The notes under the pieces were generated by a model. That model was not told the DNA's origin. It made no database searches and saw only the letters and a program-made list of their open reading frames with translations. The translations under genes were made by a program, and so were the position numbers. A DNA stretch of 46,277 nucleotides. It comes from Thermodesulfobacteriota bacterium. GTDB taxonomy: Bacteria > Desulfobacterota > GWC2-55-46 > JADFVP01. The DNA lies in contig JBHHUW010000003.1 in assembly GCA_046753945.1 (NCBI GenBank), positions 1-46,277 on the forward strand, read 5' to 3'. The stretch's first letter is position 1. Each line of letters starts with the position of its first letter. Positions 19,672 through 27,674 of this stretch are shown in pieces.

Positions 19672-20388
19672 TTATAGCCTCCTGAGAATCATAAGCGATG
19701 CAAAATCAGCAAGAATAATACCTCTGTTTACGACCTCGATTCCAAGAGGGATCCCAGATGTTTTATAGTCTCCCGCCAGGCTAACTGCAGATGGGTCAGT
19801 CACATCAAAAAGCAACAGGTGCTCGCTGTTGGTTACATACAGGATATTGCCGTCTAAAACACCTTCGCGATTGATGCCATTAAGTGGTATTTGCAAGACC
19901 AAGACCGGTAAAGAAGGATCCGTAATATCATAGACATGCAGCCCGAAGTATTTATCTGTAACGTATGCCCGTTTATTTTTAATGGCTACAGAAGTTGAAA
20001 ATTTGAGTCCAGGGAGATTAGAGACCGGCGCAGGGCTTTTCGGGTCAGTTATATCAACTATCTTAAGGCCGGCCTCTCGGTCAGCTACATAGGCGTAATT
20101 ACCCTGCAGATCAACGGCCCATCCCCTTCCCCCTTCAAGGTAAAGCCGGCCGGTCAGTACCGGTGCGGCCGGGTTAGAGACCTCAAGTACACCAAACCCG
20201 TTCCAAAATGCTGTATATGCGGTGTTGCCCACAACCTTTACATCCGCAACGCCAGTCCATAACGCGCTTTGGAAATAAGAGACGGATTGCGATGTCTTTG
20301 ACCATGACAACGACGGCATGAGCAAGATGAGTAACAAGACAAGGGGCGCCGCTCTGCTCTTCGAAGACGCCTTAATCAATCTATTCAC
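19672..20388 (-). CDS. Secreted LVIVD-repeat protein (short)
   Basis: Signal peptide; about five repeats such as GNYAYVADREAGLKIVDITDP. Confidence 0.85.
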   Translation of the reverse strand: MNRLIKASSKSRAAPLVLLLILLMPSLSWSKTSQSVSYFQSALWTGVADVKVVGNTAYTAFWNGFGVLEVSNPAAPVLTGRLYLEGGRGWAVDLQGNYAYVADREAGLKIVDITDPKSPAPVSNLPGLKFSTSVAIKNKRAYVTDKYFGLHVYDITDPSLPVLVLQIPLNGINREGVLDGNILYVTNSEHLLLFDVTDPSAVSLAGDYKTSGIPLGIEVVNRGIILADFASLMILRRL

Positions 20389-20397
20389 ATCCTTTCC

Positions 20398-22294
20398 TTA
20401 TTTGAAATTAAGCAATATTACCGAAGAAAAATCCGCGATGACAATATCCTTTTTTTTGTTTACGACTACCCTGTGGCTTGGCCCCAGGGGTGTTATAATC
20501 CGCCACGTAGGCCGGCGACGCGGCATCTGAGACATCGAGTACGTAGAGACCTTTCTTGTCGGCAGTCACAAAGACACGAAGGCCCTTGACAAAAACTCTG
20601 AGAGCGTCTTTTAAAGGATATGATCCGACTTTTACCGGGCTGGATGGCAGAGAAATATCTATTACTTCCAGACCATTCAGATAGTCGGCAAGGTATGCGT
20701 AAGAGCCCGAGACGGAAAGGCTTGCCACATAACCGGTTGCGTTGTAGGAGCCTACATGACGAGGCCTGAGGGGGTCCGTAGCATCAAGGATCTCCAATGA
20801 CGTAAAACCACTTGATATATAAATATACTGCCCCTGGATAGCAATCTCTGTTGAGTAGCCAGATGTATTATACGTGCCTGCCAGAACCGGATTTGCAGGG
20901 TCGCTTACATCGACAATCTCGATGCCCTTAAAACCCTCTGCCACCACCGCGTAGTGGTTCCTCACCTGCACATCGATTGCAGCTCCGGCCGTAGCAAATG
21001 AGCCCAGGAGCAGCGGGTTTGCCGGGTCGCTTACGTCTATGATCTTCAGGCCGGAACCGCCATCGGCTGCGTAAGCTATTGTGCCATTTACGTCAACACC
21101 CAACATCGCCCTGCCGATGGTTTTCCCTTTCTTCAGTATTATGGCCTCGGGACCGGGCATGGCATAATTTCCAACATATCGGGGCACCGCAGCATTGGAT
21201 ATGTCCACGATGTGCAGCCCGCTTCTTCCTGCCATAGCATAAAGATAATCACCGCTTATATCCACATCGTAAAGCTCGTCTGAAACAAAATATTGAGATA
21301 CGTACATTGGAAGCGCAGGGTCTTGAACATCCAGCACAAGAAGTCCACCGGTCCAGCCGTCTGCAACGTAACAGTACTGCCCGTCAACGTATAAGTTGTA
21401 TGACCAATCAGCGGAATCATAAACACCGAGCTGAACGAGATTCATGGGGTCGGTAATGTCCAGGGTCCTTAGCCCTCGCTTGAGGTCCATCAGGTATCCG
21501 ATATTGCCAATTACGGAAATATCAAAGTAATCCGAGCCTGCTTCGTAATAATTATTTACAAGCTTAATATCCCTTTGATTTGAGATATCCAGGATATATA
21601 GGCCTAAATTCCTGTCAGTGACATAGAGGTACGGTGCTTGGACCGTTATGCCCGAATATCTGCCCTTGACTTTATAGGAATTGATAAGCGATGGATTTGC
21701 CGGCGAAGAAACATCTATAACGATCAAACCAACCAAATCGTCTGTAACAAAAGCAACGCCGTTATGTATATAGACATGAGTGGCCTTTTTAAACTTCAGG
21801 GACTTGACCAAAGCAGGGGCGGAGGGGACAGATACATCCAGTATTTCAAGAGACTGCTCTGCGGCCACATAGGCATAGGAGCCGTCAATAAAGATATCCT
21901 TAGCCGCCTCGGCCGTCTTATAACTACCTGCCAGGATAAGGTTGGCCCTGTTTGATATATCTACGATTACCAGCCCCGCGTCTCCGCTGGCCAGATAAGC
22001 GAAGTTACCTGCTACTTTAATAGCCTCCACCGTGCCCTGGATATAGACCTCGCCGATGGGGGTTGGCGTGTTAATGTCCGTCATCTCGAAAACCCTCATA
22101 CCATTCCAATAGGCTGTATAAGCGTAGTTTCCCCGCACCTCAATGTCAACAGGTCCGGCCCATAAAGCACTGCCTGTATATCCAAGCGTAACTGCACGGG
22201 CAGAGACCGGTGCATTCACGTAAATGAATACGCTCATACATGCAATAAAAAACATTATTGCTTTTCTACCTACATGGCCTGTGATCTTCTTCAT
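20398..22294 (-). CDS. Secreted LVIVD-repeat protein (long, probably double beta-propeller) with an apparent frameshift near the 3' end
   Basis: About 14 repeats of type GxYAYVAxxxxGLxIxDVSxPxxP; likely ATG at 22294. The in-frame stop is at 20408, but the homologous C-terminus (DIVIADFSSVILLNFK) is in another frame ending at 20398. Confidence 0.82.
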
Positions 22295-22358
22295 CAACCT
22301 ATAACCTATAACTCCTAAATTATTATGGTGAACGAGCTTGATGAAAAACACTCATACA

Positions 22359-23414
22359 CTAAAAGTAATCACTATCCCCCATGGTGAAGTACCAGTTCTC
22401 CGGATTTGCCAGCTGGTCGTACGAAATGTTGTCATCGTAGGAGCAAACGACAATATCATGCGGTGTCTCTAAAACCTTAAAACCTCCCTTGGTAAATAAC
22501 TGCGCAATCCAACTCTTCTCAGGCACCCATGCTACTGCAACAGAACAGCCGTCATTGTAACAATACTCTATCGCCTTGTTTATAAGGGCGCCTACTGCAG
22601 CGACATTGTCTTTTTCCACAAAAATATCTACTATCCGGCCTTTTCTTGTCCCATCCTTTGCATCACTTGATAAGACCACAAAGCCATTGATGACATTATC
22701 TGTACATGCTGCGAACACCTTATAATCCGCCAGAGAACTATCTATATAACGCCAGTTCAGATAGATGCTTCTGCGAACCGTGGTTATCTCGTAATTTCTG
22801 GATTCTCTTTCCCACAACTCATCAAACCTCTCGTCAAATCTTGTTATTTCCTTTGTAGCTATCAGCTTTGATTCCTTAAGGTGTCCGTAATGTGACATCT
22901 TCATTGCCACCTTACCAGCCCCGCCTATGACGGTACCTAAGGCACCCATCTTTGTTTTGAGATACGGAGACGGATCGATGACCTTAACGAACCTTTTAAT
23001 TGGTGTAAGCCCCTTGAACCCAAGCAATCTTGTGCTTATCTTATAGGTCTTTTTTATTGTTACTGCGTAACTGAAGGAGACGGACTTCCTGATAAGGTCC
23101 TCTCTTGTCAGCTTTACGAGGTCAAAAAAGGGGCCTCCTTTCTGATAGTCCCGACGAATGACTATATCCACAATCTGGCCTGCAAGCCTTTCCTCAGCAC
23201 CGACCTTACACCTGCAAAGTATGGCGCCAACCTCCCCTACTATCCTGCCGCCATCCAGCGCAACATGCATACTATGCTCACCCAGAGGATTTTCATAGTA
23301 CTTCCACCTCCAGTAATCTACACCGAGTTCTACATTAAAGACATCGCGGTATATATCCACGAGCCCCTCTTCATCGCCCCTTACGAGCTTTCTTAACTTC
23401 AGCTCTTTTTTCAT
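22359..23414 (-). CDS. GNAT-family acyltransferase (tandem GNAT fold)
   Basis: YWRWKYYENP, DIVIRRDYQKGGPF, RRSIYLNWRY and C-terminal WYFTMGDSD; a type common in polysaccharide loci. Confidence 0.82.
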   Translation of the reverse strand: MKKELKLRKLVRGDEEGLVDIYRDVFNVELGVDYWRWKYYENPLGEHSMHVALDGGRIVGEVGAILCRCKVGAEERLAGQIVDIVIRRDYQKGGPFFDLVKLTREDLIRKSVSFSYAVTIKKTYKISTRLLGFKGLTPIKRFVKVIDPSPYLKTKMGALGTVIGGAGKVAMKMSHYGHLKESKLIATKEITRFDERFDELWERESRNYEITTVRRSIYLNWRYIDSSLADYKVFAACTDNVINGFVVLSSDAKDGTRKGRIVDIFVEKDNVAAVGALINKAIEYCYNDGCSVAVAWVPEKSWIAQLFTKGGFKVLETPHDIVVCSYDDNISYDQLANPENWYFTMGDSDYF

Positions 23415-23415
23415 A

Positions 23416-24426
23416 TCAATAACCTAACGCATGCGCCTTGTTGTATATGTCCTCTCGCATCCGGGACATCATCTCCAAATAATTTTTGTTAGTGCCATCG
23501 CATGACGCACATGTTGGGTATTCACGAAAGTCTTTTGAGAGATGCGCCTTTCTTAATTTCGAAAAGTCATCGTTACGCCAAAGCTCCACTACCTTGCTCT
23601 CGAGTGCGGACCCGACCTTGAGGTCCCCGTTAATATCCGCGCAGCAGACAGTTGCGACACCGTCCCAGAAAATCATAAGCCTGTCAAAGGGCTGATGACA
23701 TGGCCTCTTCTCCTGCCTGGCCTTATCGATGGGCGCATGGTTGTCAACGTTTCCGTACTGGGCAACAGGCAGCACGTTTATCCTGTGTACGTGCTTTCCC
23801 CACTGGTCGAAGACCTGCAGCACCTCATCCTTTGTTTCTTCCATATATACGGTATTTATAACGACATGCGGTTTTTCCTGCCCAGCCGCATTTCTCATTT
23901 CTATGAACCTGCCAATATTCTCCGTGACCTCCTTGAACTTGGCGTTTATCCTGATTTTTTCGTAGGTCTCAGCCGTGGAACCGTCCACTGAAAATGTCAG
24001 CGAGTCCAGCCCAGAATGTATGAGGGCCTCACACTTCTTCTCATCAAGCAATGTGGCGTTTGAAGTGAAATATACCCTCGGTATCCCTTTGTCTTTTGCG
24101 TAACGTATCATCTCTATAAGATCCGGGTGTATCATGGGCTCGCCGAACCTGTTGAGTTTTACCTCCGGCACCCCGATCTCGGCCGCCTCGTCAATTACCT
24201 TCCTGAAAAGGTCCATGCTCATGAGGCCGCTCCCCCTGGACATGGAGGCCCTGTCGCACATTATGCAATCGAGATTGCATATATCCGTGAGCTCTATGTA
24301 CACGGTTGGAGGCACCTCGGGCAGGATATGGAACTTTTTCTTAAACCTCCTCATGGCCACTGCGCCGCTCTCGGCCAGGCCAAGCTTCCTGGCCTTGTTG
24401 ATTTTTCTTAAAATTCCACCGGACAT
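23416..24426 (-). CDS. Radical SAM protein with SPASM/Twitch auxiliary Fe-S domain
   Basis: IELTDICNLDCIMC, FGEPMIHP, C-terminal CHQPF...VCCAD...CASC. Confidence 0.92.
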   Translation of the reverse strand: MSGGILRKINKARKLGLAESGAVAMRRFKKKFHILPEVPPTVYIELTDICNLDCIMCDRASMSRGSGLMSMDLFRKVIDEAAEIGVPEVKLNRFGEPMIHPDLIEMIRYAKDKGIPRVYFTSNATLLDEKKCEALIHSGLDSLTFSVDGSTAETYEKIRINAKFKEVTENIGRFIEMRNAAGQEKPHVVINTVYMEETKDEVLQVFDQWGKHVHRINVLPVAQYGNVDNHAPIDKARQEKRPCHQPFDRLMIFWDGVATVCCADINGDLKVGSALESKVVELWRNDDFSKLRKAHLSKDFREYPTCASCDGTNKNYLEMMSRMREDIYNKAHALGY

Positions 24427-24435
24427 CACAAACCC

Positions 24436-26088
24436 CTATAGATAGCCAAGGCCTTTAAGCCTTTCTTCCAGTTCAGCTTCCTCTTCTTCTGAGTACGAAA
24501 CAGCCTGGCCTTTTCTTTCATCCAGGGCCTTTTCGTAAACCGCTTTTTTCTTTTTCGAAAAATCATCCTTGAAAATTCCCGTCAGGACTTTTCCATCCAG
24601 GTCATCAGGAATGGGTATATCCAGCAGATAGAGAATCGTTGGTAAAATATCGGCAATGCCCGCGCCTTCTATTGATTCGCCGCTGCGGATATCCCGGCCG
24701 TAGGCCAGGAGAATGCCCTCGGTCCTATGTGTACCCGAACCAGTCCTCCAGCTACGAGGCTCAAAAACAGATTCAGACGGCTGGACATCCGACAAGTATT
24801 CTCCGTTTTTCAGAAAGAAGATGATATCCGGGGCAGAATCAACGCAGGACCCCTCGTATACCTCTTCACGTTTAAAGACATGGCTTACCATCTTTTCCCC
24901 GGTCTCCGGGTGTACGATACCTTTAAGGACTTTGATCACTTCATCTCTACGGGCGTCATATTCCTCGGGTTCGACAATACCGCCCGGGTTTCTACCCTTG
25001 AGGTTAATGTAGATGCCCTGCTCAGTGTTAGAGGCCGCATAAGCCGCCGTCTTTGACCAGTCTATACACTTGAGAAAATCATAGGCGCTCATCCTCTTGA
25101 CCTTCTTCATAACGGCCGGCCCTATCTTTCCCCATAACTTGAACACATCAACACTCTTGATGACCTTCTTTATGCCGGATCTTCCCTTACCCCGTCTTTT
25201 CAAATTAGCGAGGGCCTCAAGGTCGAACTTGAGATATCCCAACTCCGAGAGAAGCGTATTTATGAATACCTTTCCGGTTAGGGGACCAAACCCGTGATCA
25301 GACATTATTAACAATGACGTATCCGCCTCCAAGCCGTCAAACATTTCGCCTATGAAGCCGTCAACCATCATGTAATATTTCTTTATCAACTCCGTTACGC
25401 GCTTTTTTTTAGCGGTGGCGTCTTGATCAGGAAAAATATACTCCCAGAGACAATGCTGTATCCTGTCCGTACCTATGAACACCGTAACAAAAAAATCCCA
25501 GTTACAACGACCGCAGAGGTAGCGGTTGGTCTTTATTCTCTCCTCGGTGCAACGGATGAGGTTTTTAAGAAAATCTTCTATCTCGCTCTCATCGTACCTT
25601 TGCCACCAGACATCCTGCACATAATTAATGCCCTTGTCACGGAGCTCTGCCGCCAGACTCTCGGGCTTCATGAAGTCGTCAACACTCTTTGGCGTGAGCA
25701 TGCCTGATATCATGTAGCCGTTTACATCGGGAACGGGATAGGTTAGCGGCAGGTTTACGGCACATATTTTTTTATCGTGCCTGGTGAGAAGAGAGAAAAC
25801 TGTTTCGGAGGCGATAGTATCGTAGCTTACGATCTTCATGCCTTCACCTCCGGGGTCAGGCCTTACAAAATCGTACACCCCGTGCTTACCCGGCAGCTTA
25901 CCGGTCATGAATGTTGTCCATGCCGGCCCGGTTACAGGTGGAATCGTTGACTGCAACTCCCCAGTTACGCCATCATCTGCCAGCCTCTTGAGGTTTGGCA
26001 GCAACCCCTCATCCATCCACGGCCTTAAAACGGTAAAGCTGGCGCCATCAAGCCCTATAATCATTACCTTTTTTATTTTTTTGGCCAT
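24436..26088 (-). CDS. Alkaline phosphatase superfamily protein (COG3379-like) with C-terminal LKGLGY tail
   Basis: GLDGAS, STIPPVTGPAWTTFMTG, GTDRIQH, MSDHGF, SGTHR; ends YSEEEEAELEERLKGLGYL. Confidence 0.9.
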   Translation of the reverse strand: MAKKIKKVMIIGLDGASFTVLRPWMDEGLLPNLKRLADDGVTGELQSTIPPVTGPAWTTFMTGKLPGKHGVYDFVRPDPGGEGMKIVSYDTIASETVFSLLTRHDKKICAVNLPLTYPVPDVNGYMISGMLTPKSVDDFMKPESLAAELRDKGINYVQDVWWQRYDESEIEDFLKNLIRCTEERIKTNRYLCGRCNWDFFVTVFIGTDRIQHCLWEYIFPDQDATAKKKRVTELIKKYYMMVDGFIGEMFDGLEADTSLLIMSDHGFGPLTGKVFINTLLSELGYLKFDLEALANLKRRGKGRSGIKKVIKSVDVFKLWGKIGPAVMKKVKRMSAYDFLKCIDWSKTAAYAASNTEQGIYINLKGRNPGGIVEPEEYDARRDEVIKVLKGIVHPETGEKMVSHVFKREEVYEGSCVDSAPDIIFFLKNGEYLSDVQPSESVFEPRSWRTGSGTHRTEGILLAYGRDIRSGESIEGAGIADILPTILYLLDIPIPDDLDGKVLTGIFKDDFSKKKKAVYEKALDERKGQAVSYSEEEEAELEERLKGLGYL

Positions 26089-26104
26089 AGCAGCTCCACT
26101 TGCA

Positions 26105-27667
26105 TTATATCCTTTGAAAACGCAGCCTTAACATACCGGCAATATCACTTAACTCCTGCACCCTTAGCACCTTACATGAAAACAAGTATGTAACCAGTCC
26201 GATGAAGATTAACAAGACAAGGCCAAAGAGCTGTCCGTAGGCCGGAAATTGTGAGAAAGCAAGGGCTGTGTAATCCTTCACGCCCCACATAACCGCCACC
26301 ATCACCAAGGTGCCTGTACCGACCCTCATGAGTGTATTGAGTAAGTGCCGTGCACCTAATGATCCTATCTTTTTAGTGAGCAACCGGTGCAGAACCAGGC
26401 TTTTTACAAAGGCGATTATGGATGTTGCCAGTGCAAGACCTGCATAAGAAAAAACCCTTATCAGTAAGATGTCCAGAATAATGTTGAGCACCGAGCCCAG
26501 CACGTTAGCCTTGATAGGTGTTAAGGTGTCCTGCATACTGTAAAAGACCCCGTTGATCAAAATATTAAATGAGAAGGCCATAAGCCCAATGGAATAAAAG
26601 ATAATGGCCGTGCTTGTAATGGCCGAGGCATTGTCATCGAATGCGCCCCTCTTAAACAAGATATCCACAATCGGTTCACACAGAACAATCAGTCCTCCGG
26701 TAACGGGTAAGAAGAAGAAGGCCAGCATCCCCATCGACTTATTGAAGAGCCTCTTTATCTCTGCAAAATTACCGGTTGCGCTTAGCCTCGACATAATCGG
26801 CATCATCGATTTGCCCAAAGCCAGTGGTAAAAGCCCGCAAAACAACATGACCAGCTTGTCCGCATACGCAAGGGCGGATATATAGCCCATACCGATTGTC
26901 GAGGCGAACAACCTGTCGACCATCACATCGAACCTGTTTAGCGAAAGCCCCATGAAGCGCGGGCCCATAAGCTTGGCGGTCTTTCGAACGCTCTTATCCT
27001 TAAGGTCGATTGAAAAGCTAAAGCGCCTATTGTTCCTGTATAGGATAGCATGTAGAATGATGCACTGCAGCAATAGGCCTGCAAGCACGCCGATAGCGGC
27101 GGAGATGATTCCCAGCCCATCAGATAGCGCCAAGATAAAGACTAATACACTCGACCCGAATACAAGAGAAACCAGGGCCGGCACTGTGAAGTTTTGGTAG
27201 GAATTAAATATAGTCGCGGGTAGAGAAGCAGACGCGCTCAGCAGAATAACAGGCGACATAATACGCAACATAAGCGTTGCAAGGACTCTGCCCTCCGGTG
27301 ACATGCCTGGCGCCAGCAAATATGTAATCTGGGCGGCAAAGACGAAAACAAGCACGGTGAGACAGAAGAGCAGTAGCGTCAGAATCGTAAAAAACTTGTT
27401 TGCGAAATTCCATGCATCTTCCTCGCCCCTCTTTTCCATCTGTTCCACAAAAATCGGCAAGAACGACCATGAGAGAACGGTCTCACCCATTATCACAAAA
27501 AGTAGCGGCAGGGTCTGGGCGATAAGCAGCGCATCGATCTCTGTTCCAAGGCCGAATATCTTTGCTAAAACTATCAACTGGGCAAACCCCAGCACGCTTA
27601 CAAGGAGCCTCGCAATGGAGTTGACTCCGGCGGCCTTCACTATCCCCTGCTTAGATAATCCCTTCAT
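26105..27667 (-). CDS. MurJ/MviN-like lipid-linked oligosaccharide flippase (MOP family)
   Basis: Multi-TM protein with SFLPIF, ISALAYADKL, LFKRGAFD, FYSMQDTLTP and GLALATSI motifs. Confidence 0.88.
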   Translation of the reverse strand: MKGLSKQGIVKAAGVNSIARLLVSVLGFAQLIVLAKIFGLGTEIDALLIAQTLPLLFVIMGETVLSWSFLPIFVEQMEKRGEEDAWNFANKFFTILTLLLFCLTVLVFVFAAQITYLLAPGMSPEGRVLATLMLRIMSPVILLSASASLPATIFNSYQNFTVPALVSLVFGSSVLVFILALSDGLGIISAAIGVLAGLLLQCIILHAILYRNNRRFSFSIDLKDKSVRKTAKLMGPRFMGLSLNRFDVMVDRLFASTIGMGYISALAYADKLVMLFCGLLPLALGKSMMPIMSRLSATGNFAEIKRLFNKSMGMLAFFFLPVTGGLIVLCEPIVDILFKRGAFDDNASAITSTAIIFYSIGLMAFSFNILINGVFYSMQDTLTPIKANVLGSVLNIILDILLIRVFSYAGLALATSIIAFVKSLVLHRLLTKKIGSLGARHLLNTLMRVGTGTLVMVAVMWGVKDYTALAFSQFPAYGQLFGLVLLIFIGLVTYLFSCKVLRVQELSDIAGMLRLRFQRI

Positions 27668-27674
27668 CTTTTCC

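Noticed and set aside
567-26088. Calling the four COG3379-like proteins formylglycine sulfatases
   Set aside because: No C/S-x-P-x-R motif; the nucleophile context is NPP-like.
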